Source: Eledone cirrhosa
Taxonomy: Eukaryota
Reading direction: 5' to 3'
NCBI GenBank assembly: GCA_964016885.1
Contig: OZ024743.1
Location: 252,154,001-252,218,000 of the forward strand
DNA length: 64,000 nt
Below the pieces are notes generated by a model. That model ran no database searches. It was not told the origin of the DNA and saw only the letters and a program-made list of their open reading frames with translations. Each line of letters starts with the position of its first letter. Position 1 is the first letter of the stretch. Below are positions 13,285 to 28,325 of this stretch, piece after piece. The position numbers were made by a program, and so were the translations under genes.

Positions 13285-13409
13285 CACTCACATCTACATA
13301 CATATATATATATATAAATACACTCATATATATACACACATACACATACATACCCACATATAAATATATATATATACATAAATATATATATATATACACA
13401 CATACACAT

Positions 13410-13466
<57 letters not shown>

Positions 13467-13589
13467 CATACACATACATACACATATACACACATACATA
13501 TATACTCACACACACACACCTACACATACATACACATACACATATATAAAGATATATATACACACACACACACACACATATAATAAATA

Positions 13590-13629
<40 letters not shown>

Positions 13630-13933
13630 CATACACATATACATATATACATATATATACATACATATATATACACACATATACATACACACATACACAC
13701 ATACATACATACACACACACATACATACACACACATACATACTCATACATAGACATAGATATATACTCACACACACATACGCACTTACATATACGCATAT
13801 ATACAAATACATACACATCCATATATGCGTATATACATACAAACACCACTACACGCTCACACAACTCAGACATACAAAGAAAAAGGTATATACATACACA
13901 TATATACACATATAAATAGAGATACATATACAC

Positions 13934-13966
<33 letters not shown>

Positions 13967-14064
13967 CCCACACACACGTACACACATAAACACACATACA
14001 AACACATACATACACACATACATACATATATATACACACACACAAAGACACACATACATATATA

Positions 14065-14128
<64 letters not shown>

Positions 14129-14306
14129 CATACATATACACACACACATATATAGACATGCACACACATACATACATACATATATACACATACACATACA
14201 TATATATAAAAAAAAAAAATAAAAAAAAAAATAAATAAATAAGATAAGTAAAAAATAAATAAATTAATACACACAGTCAGACAAATATGCACACACATAC
14301 ATATAC

Positions 14307-14337
<31 letters not shown>

Positions 14338-14507
14338 CACATACACACACACACATACATATATATACACACATACATACACACACACATATATATACAT
14401 ACATATACACACATCAACTACAAATATACAATATATATATATATATATACACACACATATACATATTTTCACATATATATATATACATATATTATATTAT
14501 AATAATA

Positions 14508-14544
<37 letters not shown>

Positions 14545-14799
14545 TACATATATATACACACACACTCACATATATATGCGCACATACGTACACATATACA
14601 CATACACACATATACACATAGACATATACATGTGCATACATGTACATACACACATATACCCACATAGATACAAAGATACACATATATATAGAGAGACATA
14701 CATATACATACACATATATACACACACAAACATACACACATATATATATATACATACACGTATATATATATATATTTATATATATATATATATATATAC

Positions 14800-14834
<35 letters not shown>

Positions 14835-14945
14835 CAATCATACACCCTTATTTGCATGCGCATATATGTATTTTTATACTTACATATAAACACCCAAACA
14901 TATATACACCTACCTACATATACATACATACATACACGCTTACAA
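12575..14945. repeat. Compound (TA)n/(CA)n/(TACA)n microsatellite field
   Basis: About 2.4 kb of alternating purine-pyrimidine simple repeats. Confidence 0.95.
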
Positions 14946-15414
14946 ATACAAATAATAATAGTAGGGGGGGGGGGAGAAGGGGATTATAGTAAATATATGT
15001 TTCAAGAAACATAGAATATTAATCTGTATTTGGATCACAATATGTGTTTACATAGTTTCAGTATTAGGAAATGCAAGAAAGAAGGCAAAATTATGCATTT
15101 CAATATAAGTATACCATTAATTATAGGTTAACTAAACTAAAGATAGTTGATATATTGATTTCTAAGGTGTAAAATACTTAGGTTTATAATATTTGAAGCA
15201 GAATTTTGAAGTTAAATAGTAGTAGAGTATTAATTATAGTATAACTAAATTAAAATTATTAACGTTATGGTATCAATATTAGGAAATGAATTTAGTAATA
15301 GGGAAAAAACAAATAAAGTATTACATCGGTAGTAGAATATAAATTATAGGTTAACTAAATTAAAAATTATATATTAATTTCTATAGTATATGTTAATTAG
15401 GTATATAATAAATA

Positions 15415-15661
15415 AAACAGATATTGTATTTTATCAATAGTAGAATATAATTATATGTAAACAGGAATATATATATATATATACGTTTAGAAGAAATACT
15501 ATGCTGTGTTGGAAAATTCTGTAAATTCAATTGAAAACAGATATTGTATTTTATCAATAGTAGAATATAATTATATGTAAACAGGAATATATATATATAT
15601 ATATACGTTTAGAAGAAATACTATGCTGTGTTGGAAAATTCTGTAAATTCAATTGAAAACA
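15415..15661. repeat. Tandem duplication, ~122-bp unit x2
   Basis: aaacagatattgtattttatc...caattgaaaac repeated, differing only in TA count. Confidence 0.9.
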
Positions 15662-15927
15662 ATGAAATAATACAAACAAGACAACAAACAGTATCCAATC
15701 TTCTGCCATCTGTTTTGAGCACAGGTATTTGAGAATATCACGGATATCCAAGTATTATATTACAGTCATATTAAAGATTTTAACTGTAACATTCAGGATA
15801 TAAATACTGAACATTACAGTTACCATTTTAATATATCAAACAGTGTGATATTCTTGAATATCTGCACTCATAATGGATGGCTAAAGATCGGATATTGTTT
15901 GCTTGTTTAATATGTAAGGTTTCATTG
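15661..15927. repeat. Old degenerate inverted repeat (MITE or ancient fold-back)
   Basis: caaacagtatccaatctt..gagaatatcac pairs imperfectly with gtgatattcttg..gatcggatattgtttg. Confidence 0.55.
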
Positions 15928-16217
15928 CATTTCTAATGTCATTAACATATATATAACACCGTGCTTCCTCTTCTATAGCAGTATGTTGGTCCCATGAGAA
16001 AAATGCACCTAGCTCATAATATAAGGTGGTTGCACTAGTGCTATGAAAAAAAAGCACCCACTCTGCACTCTAAGGCAGTAGAAACCAAGTGCAGTAGAAA
16101 CCAAGCTAAAAATCGAATGTGTGAGCAAGCAATAGTTACCTATTTAGTCTAGCCTCAAAACACGACAACACATTTAATTCATTAAAAAAATGGCAAATGG
16201 TGAAGGTGATGATGATG

Positions 16218-16251
<34 letters not shown>

Positions 16252-16976
16252 GCATTGACTAGAACTCTGATACTACCACCTTACAGGGTGGACAGGTCTT
16301 TTTATATATATATGGAGAGAGAGAGAATACATACATTGCATACCTAAGTATACAATGTGTTGGAGTCAAGACGGGCATCTAACTGTAAAACACTGCCTCA
16401 ATAAATCTTGTCCAAACCATGCCAGCAGGGAAAATTTAATGTAAAAATGATGATAATGATGACGATGATATATATTCATATATATATATATATATGAATA
16501 TATGTATGTATGTATATATATACATATATATTGAACCACACTTTCATATGGTCGGACTATACTTGTATCCCTGTGTGTATTAATTACATGTAAGAACACA
16601 TACTTTTATTATTCTCCCCAAGGGTAGAGAAACCCATAGTCGTCTGAATGGCTGCTATTTTTAGCAGTACAGGATTGACTTGTCCACCGTGCTCTCGCCT
16701 TTGCACACAGTACCATGCCAAAACTGCTTTATCATTCATTTACTCTCATTCAGAGGCAGTTTGGAATGGCGCCAGTTTGAAATTTTTAACTCGGAGATTT
16801 TATATTCTCCAAGAGAGAAATGCCTTCTAACGATAATCTCTTTCTCAATGGAGGTCTGCCTGGATTACCTATTCGTTTGGGATTTGAAACTGGAGTAAGG
16901 GCACATATAGTAAGTACAGTGGATATTTACATTTTTTTCTTTATTTGCTTTCCCTTGATTTTATATATATATATAT

Positions 16977-17068
16977 ATAGGAAAAGAGTCAGGACCCCAA
17001 CGGCTGAGCTCCGGCCATTTCGACTGCTCGTTCCGAACTGGTTCCTTACCACACTTTCTTTGTTTTAT
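16977..17068. mobile_element. Very short PLE family-A fold-back remnant
   Basis: ataggaaaaga..cccaacggctgagctccggccatttcgac joined to ctggttccttaccacactttctttg (opposite orientation of the A-family terminus); (TA)n flanks. Confidence 0.7.
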
Positions 17069-17107
17069 ATAAATATATATATATATTTATTTATTCATAC
17101 ATATATA

Positions 17108-18550
17108 TCATCATCATCATCATCGTTTAACGTCCATCTTCCACGGTAGCATGGGTTAGACTGTCTTGTTCCATTTGATGTGGCAATGGTCGAGAGACTG
17201 TATCTCGCTAGTATGGAAGTGTCCCTAGCAGGTTTTATATAGCTGGATGCCCTTCCTAACACCAACCCCATTTACAGTGTGGACTGGGAGTCTACATGGC
17301 CACCTTACATTGTGGACTGTTGTGTCATCGTCACAGTGGATGGAATGGGAAAGGGAGGAGGGGGTAGGGTGTGTGAGGTGGGGTGTACATTGGGTTAAGA
17401 GGTGCCTACTGACTGTAGGTTTGTATGTAATGGTCGTCGGGTCTTCTGTACAACTGTATGGTGCCAAAGATCTTGTTACAGTGTCATTGTCTGAGAGAGG
17501 TGTAAGTGAGCAAGGTCAGTTTTATCACCTCGTCCCACGTTTTTCTTGGTCTACCCACTCCGTAGCTTCCACCAATTTTCATTGCCCAACGATTTGAGGT
17601 CAGCTCTCACAACCTCTGCCAAGGTCTTCTTTGGTCTAACTCTACTGTGGCTTCCTTCCACTGGGATTTCCTGGCACTTCTTCACCAAGCAGTCATTGCC
17701 CATATACATTACATGTCCATACCAATGCAGTCCCCCTGCATACCACCTCAGATTCTTCTTAAACCCAGCTTTTCCTCAACTTGTCTAAGCTCTGCCTTTC
17801 TCTCACACCTACATTGCATATCCAACAAATCATAGTTGTTTCATTTCTCTCCAGTCAATGCATGTCCTCTGCAGTCACAGCCTATGTTTCACTACCATCA
17901 CACTTTGCACACAGGCATCATACAGTTGTCCTTTTGTATATAGGGAAAAACCTTTCACTGGCGCTCTTTGCCTCAGTTACCCTGTGCATCTACTACATAC
18001 AAAGCCTTCTATTTCTGTTAGTCTGCCTGTTATCCCTCTTCATCTCTTATGTACCCAAGCTTTACATTGTGTACATCATATGGAGTTTATGCCTATTCCC
18101 TTTCTACATACTGGTACTACATCATGGTACTCTGTCAAAGGTCTTTTCTGTACCCATGAAAGCTGGGTTTGTGGCTTATTTTTGGCTATGAACTTCTGTT
18201 GGAGTTGCCTCACTAAAAAATTGGCATCTATAGTTCTTTTCCCAGGCATAAAACCAAACTGCATCTCATCCAATTTGACTCTTTCCTTAATTAGTTGTGC
18301 TATAACTCTTTCCATCACTTTCATAACTTAGCCCATTAGTTTTATCCCTCTATAGTTGCTCCTTTATAGAGCATCACATTTGCCTTTGTAGCAATTTATG
18401 ATCATTCTGCTGCACAAGACATTGGGTATGACACTGTCTTCCATTACCTGATTGACTATACAGGTTACTAGTTTGACTCCCACTTTCCCTGATATTTTTA
18501 GCATCTTAGCAACTATCACTGATGGTTCCACAGCTTTACTATTTTTCATC
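17108..18550 (-). mobile_element. Decayed RTE with internal deletions
   Basis: MKVMERVIAQLIKERVKLDEMQFGFMPG and NCYKGKCDAL remnants, RTE 3' UTR and (GAT)n tail. Confidence 0.85.
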
Positions 18551-19217
<667 letters not shown>

Positions 19218-19261
19218 TATATATATGTACATTAACACACTGGGCATGTATCTCTAGCATT

Positions 19262-19420
19262 ACATGCACACACAGTTTCCATCTATTTAATTTCACTCAC
19301 AATATTTGGGTTGACCCAAGTCTATATAAAAGACACTTGTGTTAGATAACAATGACAGGCAGTGGAATCGAATAGAGGACTTCATGATTACAAAGCAAAT
19401 ATTTTAATGATTCATCCACA
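19262..19420 (-). mobile_element. Decayed SINE of a second family (also ~21285-21410 and ~35465-35600)
   Basis: Shared cagtttcc..aagacactt..cagtgg.a..gaac..catg..tt...aagcaaa pattern. Confidence 0.5.
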
Positions 19421-19799
19421 CCTTCTACAGCAATTGCAATACATTCTGATAAATAACTATAAGTAATATGCAAACAAATTAATGAATGAAACTTTATAAC
19501 ATAGCATATATCTGTGTCTGCATGTCATTGTCTATGTGTGTATGTGTACCTATGTGTGTTTCTGTTTGTGTATCTGTGTGTGTCTGTGAGTATGTAAATA
19601 AACAATCCAGACAGTCTAGAAGTTGATGTGCAAATATTAGTAATTAGGCTTAAATAGCAAGTAATTAGGGCAAAGATTGTTGATCTCTGAAAGCAGTTTA
19701 TCAAATTAAATTTGCCATCTTTTCAGCTAGTATGTTCACAGCAACTGAGAACCAGTCAGAGAGAAGCACAAGTCTACACCAAAGGAATGTTGAGCCTAG

Positions 19800-20150
19800 A
19801 CTGGTTAAATAGATTTACTTTCGGTAGAGAGCAGATATGTTTTCTTGTGTTTGTTATTGCATAATTGATATAGTAAAACTGTGTCAAATTAAAATGAGGC
19901 TGTGTGTAAGAAATGCTGACCCTAGATTTATTAAATGCAAATAAATTTAGATTTAGTAAAGAGCAAAAGAGTCTTCTTGTCAGTGTGCTATTGTATAAGT
20001 GATACAGTCAAACAGTGTGAAACTAGCACAAGGCTATCTGTAAGAAATGCTGACCCTCTAGATTTATTAAACATAAATAGATTTAGTTTCAGTAGAGAGC
20101 AAAGGGGGGCATTCTGTCTCTGTTGTATAACTAATATAGTGAAACCAATC
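19800..20150. repeat. Degenerate tandem repeat, ~135-bp unit x2.5
   Basis: Recurrent tagattta..gtagagagca and gtaagaaatgctgaccc.tagatttattaaa. Confidence 0.7.
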
Positions 20151-20606
20151 TGTTTGTAATGGTGTTGATGCTGAAAATGCTATCTATTACACCTATTAAC
20201 ACCAATAATGTTAATTCATTTACAAACATAAAGAGGTTAAAACTAATTGCCTCTCAATTAAAGACTTGTTGAGAATGATGCTAACGATGCTAATTGAATA
20301 ATTGGTGTCTTTGATTTAACTTTCATCTTCCTCCTTATTAATAGTGTCAACAATCTAATGATAAACCTACTGATACATTGTATCAATGATTCCATCATTC
20401 CATGGCTCCATTATTCCATGGTGCCATCATTCCATGATTCTCTCCTTGATATTTGACAGAAATAAAAAGGTGTCATAATAAGTGACACCTTTTTATCTCT
20501 CATTCTTCAACAAGCAAATTAGCAAAGACAGAAGATCAGTGGATTAAACACCTCATGATATATATATCAGCTCTCTAGTGAAGACAGCTTTGTCTGTCAT
20601 CATATT

Positions 20607-20770
20607 GGCTGAAATTTTCATAGGCTGACTAAGATACTCTCATGGAATGACGAAATGTGTCCCTGGAAAGAAACAATGTAGTTAGTAATAAGAAGAATTG
20701 AAATTAATGCATGCAAGATTTCACAGCCCTAGAATCAATCATTATTAGTCAACCTATGAACTTTTCAGCT
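20607..20770. mobile_element. MITE-like element with ~26-bp imperfect TIRs
   Basis: gctgaaattttcataggctgactaa / ttagtcaacctatgaacttttcagc. Confidence 0.55.
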
Positions 20771-20795
20771 AACCCTCATAAATAAAATTCCAGCT

Positions 20796-21195
20796 TGTGG
20801 TGATGAATCGACAGAGTTGTTGAAGTATTGGAACAAATGACTTGACTCATATGTTCCAGACCTTGGAGGTCCAAGTTCAAATTCTGCTGAGGTCAACTTT
20901 GTCTCTCATCCATTTGGGATCAATAAATTACCAGTCTAGTGTGGGGAAATTGCAGAGTTGTTAGAGAGTTATAATAAAAAAAATAGTAATAATGAAATTA
21001 TTGTGTACAATGCTCAGGTGCACAATATATTAATGGCATATGTTCCAGATCGCAGTGCTCTGAGTTCAAATCTTGCTGAGGGTAACTTTGGGATCAATCA
21101 CTAAAGTTCCAGTCAAGGGTGGTGATATAGAAGAGTTGTTAAAGAGTTGGATTCAATGCTTCGCAGCATTTGTCCAGTTCCAACCACTCTGAGAA
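20796..21195 (+). mobile_element. Three head-to-tail decayed SINEs (Deu/Nin-like centre); family also at 52990-53345 and 60667-60850 (-)
   Basis: Repeated gtgg..agagttgtt..ttccaga..gttcaaat..gctgagg..aacttt..gggatcaat units. Confidence 0.6.
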
Positions 21196-21555
21196 AAAGT
21201 TAAATTAATTCTCAAGCAGAATCAGTAAAACACAATACATAATAAGGCTGGACCTTTTAGGTGCAATCCATCCAACAGGCTTCTAGATAGTTTCTGTCTG
21301 CCCTGCCCAATTTAATTCATAAGACTTGGTTCAACTGAAGGCTATGCCATGCAGTGAGATTGAACCTTGGACCACATGATTATGAAGCAAATTCTTAATC
21401 ACTCAGTCATAGTCAATATATACAGACACATATTTGAATGACTAGTCACCTTGCACGTGTATGTATGTATGTATATACGTACATGTATATAAGTATATAT
21501 ACAAATATATATATATATATGTATGTATAAATATATAAATATATATATATATATA

Positions 21556-21600
<45 letters not shown>

Positions 21601-22482
21601 GTATGTATACATGTATGTATATGTATATGTATATATATATATATATTATATGTATATATATATACATATATATGTATATATATATATGTGTGTATATATA
21701 TGCATATATATATATGTATATGTATGTATATATATATGTATATATATATATGTATAAGTATATATATATGTACATTTATATATATACATATGTATATATA
21801 TATGTATATGCATATATATATATGCATATACCCCTTTTTTCCTTTTTTCTTTTCACTTCATAAACCTTGTTTGTAAATAACATTATTCTTTCTGTACCAT
21901 TTCTTTAACATGTCCAACACTACCATTCTACACCAATACATATTATTATCATTTGATAATGCATAAAAATGCTGAAACCGGGAATAAACAATTATTAAAT
22001 ATATAAATAAATAAATAAATGCCATTGTTAATTAATTAATAAATCAACTAATACCTTAACACTTCACACAAAGTAAAATATTTCGTTTTAATCATTTTCT
22101 AACCCATAAAACAGAGAGAAATAAATAAAAAGGGGAAACAAAATATTTTTCTTCCTAATAATCGTCTTTTTCTCCCTGTTTTCATATATATATATATATC
22201 ATAAAATATGTCTTTAGAATCACTAGATATAATATATATCATTTCCTCTCCCAATTAGCATAATTAACTATATAAAAAAATCAATTAGACAAAGCTATAA
22301 GAATAAAGGCTCCTATGAAGAAATCTCCGACAAATAACCGAAAGCAGCTCCTTCGCGGCGGCTACGATAGATTATTTATCTAACATTTCGACAGCATGTG
22401 AAAATCGACCAGATATACAGTCAACCAAACGCAATTAGGTGTAAAAATTGAACGTAGAAGAATTGTGTACATACCAAATTAC

Positions 22483-22547
22483 CTCTACCATGGTTTCATC
22501 CGTATTTTAAGATAACGTAATGTCTAGAGTTTCGGAATCATCAGGAG
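22483..22547 (-). ncRNA. Type I hammerhead ribozyme candidate
   Basis: CUC-CUGAUGA-uUCCG..CGGAu-GAAA-CCAUGG-UA-GAG; stem III palindrome ACCAUGGU. Confidence 0.75.
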
Positions 22548-22774
22548 CGAACTCAAAATTAGACATTTAATTTTCCAAAGTTATCCCGCCAAAATACATT
22601 AAAAAATGGCTAAGAATCGTGACGTGACAGCGGTCAAGTTAGAAAGGATGTGATTAGTTGCTTACAGTGGGTAGGCTTAATGCTAGAAAGCGCAGCCTAA
22701 TACTGCCAAATTGTATCTCAACCTAACGGGAGATTATTACATATAAAGGTTTACACATATATATATATGTAAAC

Positions 22775-22864
<90 letters not shown>

Positions 22865-22902
22865 GTAAATGTATATATACATATAATATGTATATATACA
22901 CA

Positions 22903-23830
<928 letters not shown>

Positions 23831-23940
23831 ATATATATATATATATAACAAAGGAATTGTGGTAAGGAACCAGATGGACCATAACGCACCAGAGTACTCA
23901 ATACTTAGGTTAGTATAGTGGGAAATAGGAAAAAGTATGA

Positions 23941-24034
23941 CCCCGACGGCAGAGCTCAAGCCGTTTCGACGGCTATTTCTGGACTAAATTAGAATTTTTA
24001 GCCTAGCGAATAAATAGCCGAGCTTTTCAAAGGG
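23941..24034 (-). ncRNA. Type I hammerhead in the 3' pLTR, U3-A8 core, extended stem II
   Basis: CCCU-UUGAAAA-g..CGGCUAUUU..AAAUAGCCG.c-GAAA-CGGC-loop-GCCG-UC-GGGG. Confidence 0.8.
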
Positions 24035-24721
24035 GTACTTCCTTATATGGGAAGATTGTACTTGTCAAGAGGATTGGTTAAAATTTGTTGTAAACACAAA
24101 TAAGTCTATCATGGCATTTGGTGGGAGGTAGGGGTGGCTGAACTTGCCTGTAAAACAATAGGGGAGTGGGTGGAGCGGTCAAGCGTTGAAAGTGATATGT
24201 ATACAACATATTCTAAGGATAGTGTATGAAGTTCAGGCGGGAGGTTATAGAATAGGTAAATCGAATGAGAGTAGGAGACAATAAAATATAATAGAAAGAA
24301 ATAAAAAAAATATATAAAATTAGATACTGAGAAATTAATTTAAAAAATCACTATGCTATCTTACAATTACAGGTTAATAAGTTGAGAATAGAAAAAACTT
24401 GTAGAAATTGAGTAGTACTAGAACTGATACAGAATTAAAGGGGTTTAACACGTCTGCTATAAGTAGTTAGTAAAACGTATTCGGCCAATTCTATATTAAA
24501 ATTACAGGGGTGGGGTTACTGATGCTACAGAGGCTCGATGGGCTGCATCGGGGTAGGCGAAGGGGAAAAGCAGACGAGGAAGAAAATAGGGGGTGGAAGG
24601 AAGTGATTGGATGAGACAGGGGGAAGAAGAAGACAAAGAGGAAAAGAAAAGAGATACATCTACCTAAGTAAGCTGGGGTTTCCCCTAACTTATTCGGCAA
24701 GTAGGGGGGTATCAGCCCTTG

Positions 24722-26821
24722 TCTACCAACCCGGGTCGTTATGGGGTTTGAGGGAGAGGTAAGTCCTACGCCATCTGTGTTTGCATGCGGTTACCAGTTC
24801 GTCTTTCTTGTTTAGGAGTTGGTCCTTCGAAAACAGCATTTATAATGTTTCCTCCGAGCATAAGTTACACGGACAGCATCCTCCCGTGTAAGAGTTAGCT
24901 TTGAACAGTAAGCTCCAAGTGAGATTGTAGGTTATGTTATTATCTTGGAGGTCCCAGATGTGGTCCGAAAGGGTAGTGGCATGTCGCTGGACCGGGATTC
25001 GGAAAGTGTGTCGGTGTTGGTAGAGCCGGATCTGGAAGTCACACGCGGTTAATCCTATATAAGCATTGTTGGAGGTGTCCGTCCTCACGTTGCACTGGTA
25101 GATCACGTTACGTACTCGGCATTTGTTGTTAAGGGGGCACGTAGATCTATCAGTGCAGTTACACCTCCTGGTCGGCTCTCCACTGATGTGTAGGTTATTT
25201 CTTCCATAGGGGTTGAGTTTTTTGTTGTTTTGTGCGAAGTTAGGTGTGGTGCTGTAGGAGAGTTTGATGGTGTTTTTGTTGATTATGTTGTGGTAGCGGT
25301 GTTGTTGTGGGAAGTGTTTTTCGAGGAGTCTAAAGAAGATTTTTCCGATAGGTGTTGCCACTTCGGCATTATGGGGAGGATTGAACCACGTTACGTTGCG
25401 TGAGCGGCGGTGTCACCTGCTAGATCCGCTAAGGGAAGCTGGATAAAAGGATATTTCCTCCCGGAAGCCACTCCGCTTGAGGGCCTGGTTGTAATGAGGC
25501 GCGTGTTCATCGAATATCTGCTCATTAGCGGACAAACGAAATATGCGGAGGGAGATATTTTTAACCAGGTTATTGGTGATGTTTCTAGGATGATTAGAGC
25601 GGCGGTGGATATAGTGCAGGTTGTCGTTTGGTTTCCTGTATGGGTAGTACAGATCATTTTCGAGGTTGAGGGTAACGTCTAGAAAATTGATTCGGGTTAG
25701 GGACGTTTATAGGGTGATTTTAAAACCCCAGTCTCGGAAGAAGTTGATTTGTTGTTTACGGACCCGGTCTGTACTACTGGGTGAGGAGCCCATCATCCCG
25801 GTACAATCCACCACCGAATGCAGGAAACATTTTGGTGAGTTTAAATAGTAGGAATAATCCTATAAGATCTGTGACCTCGGCCGAATACGTCGCGCCCATA
25901 CTGATGTCGAAGGGGGAGTCGGGAGCTCTCTTTAGCCACTTAGAGTCGTCCAAAAGTAGGACTTTCTTCCTGGCATGCAGAATGATATTTCTTTCCTGCT
26001 CAGTGATGGGTGTGAGCGTTTCGGCAAAGTCCAAAGCGGCCGTAAGGAGCGGTAAGGTAATAGATGCATAGTAACTCTCAATGTCAAACTGGATGAATTT
26101 TGTGTCTCGTTTGTCCTCCATATTCCTGAACCATGAGATTACTTCCTGGGTCCTGACCCATAGGCTGTCTCACGTTTTGCTTAACTTTTTGTATAAATCG
26201 TTCTAGGATCTTTTTACTGATTCTCCCTATATCCGACTTCGTTGGGTTTATAAGCCTAATGGATGGTTTGCGGTCGAAGTGTGAAGTAGGGAGTCCGTGG
26301 GTCTAGGGTTCAGTGTGGTCGGCGACCCCGAGGCTGGAGGTAATTTGTTGTCCATCTCGATTTATGTCCTCGATAATTGAATGGTTAGCCTTTTTATAGG
26401 TGGAGTTTAGGCTGCTCCTGATCAATATGTGGTATCTGTCAGGGTTGACGAAGTAGAGGTTTCCTGTTTTGTCCAAGTGCACCATGATGTCGTTAGTGTT
26501 TTCATACTCTGTTATTTTTCTACGGAATTGTTGTAGGAATCTGTTGTGTTTGGGTTTGAATTTAATGCTCTTGAGCAGGTGGAAAAGGTCGTTCTCGAAG
26601 GGTGAGCGCATAGGGTTCGGAGGGGGAGATTTGTAGGTATTGAATCCGAATCTCTCCTTGGTGTCGAAGTCCTGATTGTCGCGGTATCTATCGTAGAAAA
26701 AAGTTCTCCATCTTAGTCTTTTCGCAAAATGGTCGATTTTTGGCGTGAGCATCCGAAGGTAAAGTTTTCTCGGTGGAACTGGAATGTTCTTGGTGGAGAA
26801 GTCGATGTTGTGTTTTCGCAT
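24722..26821 (-). pseudogene. PLE polyprotein: reverse transcriptase + GIY-YIG endonuclease (stops and frameshifts)
   Basis: FSTKNIPVP, DKTGNLY, QFDIESYYASI, MGA, LYRDDGL, WFNPP, IKLSYS, CNCx5CPLxxKC, VIYQC, YIGLT, RLYQH, CNLC.EE, LN..DEL...CKH. Confidence 0.92.
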
Positions 26822-26997
26822 CGTGCGGGTGAAGAAACTTGAGCTGGGTGGAAAAGTCGAGTAGAGTTGGAAAGTGCTCTACTACAGAGTTAGGAGCTAA
26901 ATAACAAAGGAATTGTGGTAAGGAACCAGATGGACACATAACACACCAGAGTACTCAATACTTAGGGTAGTAGAGTGGGAAATAGGAAAAAGTATGA

Positions 26998-27091
26998 CTC
27001 CGACGGCAGAGCTCAAGCCGTTTCGACGGCTATTTCTGGACTAAATTAGAATTTTTAGCCTGGTGAATAAATAGCCGAACTTTTCAAGAGG
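26998..27091 (-). ncRNA. Hammerhead copy in the 5' direct pLTR
   Basis: Same motif as 23941-24034 with an imperfect stem I. Confidence 0.7.
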
Positions 27092-27330
27092 GTACTTAGG
27101 AAAAAGTATGACCCCGACGGCAGTACTCAATTTCTACAAGTTTTTTCTATTCTCAACTTATTAACCTGTAAATGTTCACTATCGGATTTTATATATTTTT
27201 TTTTTTATTTCTATTATCTTTTATTGTCTCCTACTCTCATTTGATTTACCTATTCTATAACAAATTTTAACCTATAACAAATTTTAACCTATCCTCTTGA
27301 CAACTACAATCTTCCCAAATAAGGAGGTAC

Positions 27331-27424
27331 CCCCTTGAAAAGTTCGACTATTTATTCACCAGGTTGAACATTCTAGATTAGTCCTGAAATAGCTGTCGAA
27401 ACGGCTTGAGGTCTGCCGTCGGTG
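27331..27424 (+). ncRNA. Hammerhead copy in the inverted pLTR
   Basis: cccc-TTGAAAA-gttcgactattt..aaatagctgtc-GAAA-cggc..gccg-TC-ggtg. Confidence 0.7.
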
Positions 27425-27473
27425 TCATACTTTTTCCTATGTATATCTATATATATATATATATATATATATA

Positions 27474-27527
<54 letters not shown>

Positions 27528-27540
27528 TATATATATATAA

Positions 27541-27795
27541 ATATATCTATATCCAAAATTAAGATAAATTAAATGAATTTAATCTAAATCACTTGTAAAA
27601 TTTATCTCCTGTGATTATTCATGTTTATATATATGTTAATCAATTTCTAGTTATTATAAAATGCTCGGACCTACTCGATAGAATCTTTGAGCTTATTTTC
27701 CGGGTGATATGGCGCATGCCGTTCTGGCATGACACCCATAATTTTGATTTAGATTAAATTCATTTAATTTATCTTAATTTTGGATATAGATATAT
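27541..27795. repeat. 50-bp perfect inverted repeats abutting (TA)n; possible further PLE fold-back
   Basis: 27541-27590 is inverted at 27745-27795; interior 27615-27657 is repeated directly at 28138-28180. No clean hammerhead core seen. Confidence 0.6.
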
Positions 27796-28325
27796 AAATA
27801 CGGCTCCTTAATTGTAGAGCTAACTCTGTTGAAAGGAATCGACTGCTGTTTCTAGTTGTCGATAACCCTATTCACGTCACTGAGACGAAGCTACTATGAT
27901 GTGTAAATACAACACGTGGTAATAGCTAGTTGCAGATTTGAACTTGTAGTGTAAACATGGATTGATGGAAATTTTCTTCCTTGTTGAAAATCAAAAATAT
28001 CCACTTCCGTGGTTTACCATCATCTGATTAATTGGTGAAATATATTTCTTTAATGGAATATATACAGGGAAGATTAATCATATTATAAGGTATCTATTTT
28101 TGAAGTTCTAGTCAACTTTATTTAGTTACCTGCCTAGATATTCATGTTTATATATATGTTAATCAATTTCTAGTTATTATATATAAATATATATATGCAT
28201 ATATATATATATATGTATGCATATATATATAAATATATATGCATATATATATATGTATATATATATGTATATATATATATATATTTATGTATGCATATAT
28301 ATATAAATATATATGTATATATATA

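Larger units (their letters stand above)
23845..27440 (-). mobile_element. Near-complete decayed Penelope-like element (family A) with direct and inverted pLTRs, in (TA)n
   Basis: 3' pLTR from 23845, partial direct pLTR 26901-27097, inverted pLTR 27124-27440 (matches 24416 to 23926), RT + GIY-YIG ORF between. Confidence 0.95.

Noticed and set aside
12060-15014. Long YI/CV-rich ORFs (also at 9.2, 21.4, 22.7, 38.3-39.4, 40, 44 and 61 kb)
   Set aside because: Translations of (TA)n/(CA)n microsatellites that lack stop codons; not genes.
22307-22355. Hammerhead-like ATGAAGA ... GAAAgcagcTC on + strand
   Set aside because: Core start is wrong, and stems I and II do not pair convincingly.
25405-25420. 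In-frame TGA in the PLE ORF as possible selenocysteine
   Set aside because: Lies in an Arg-rich stretch (likely CGA to TGA), and the copy also has TAA stops and frameshifts.
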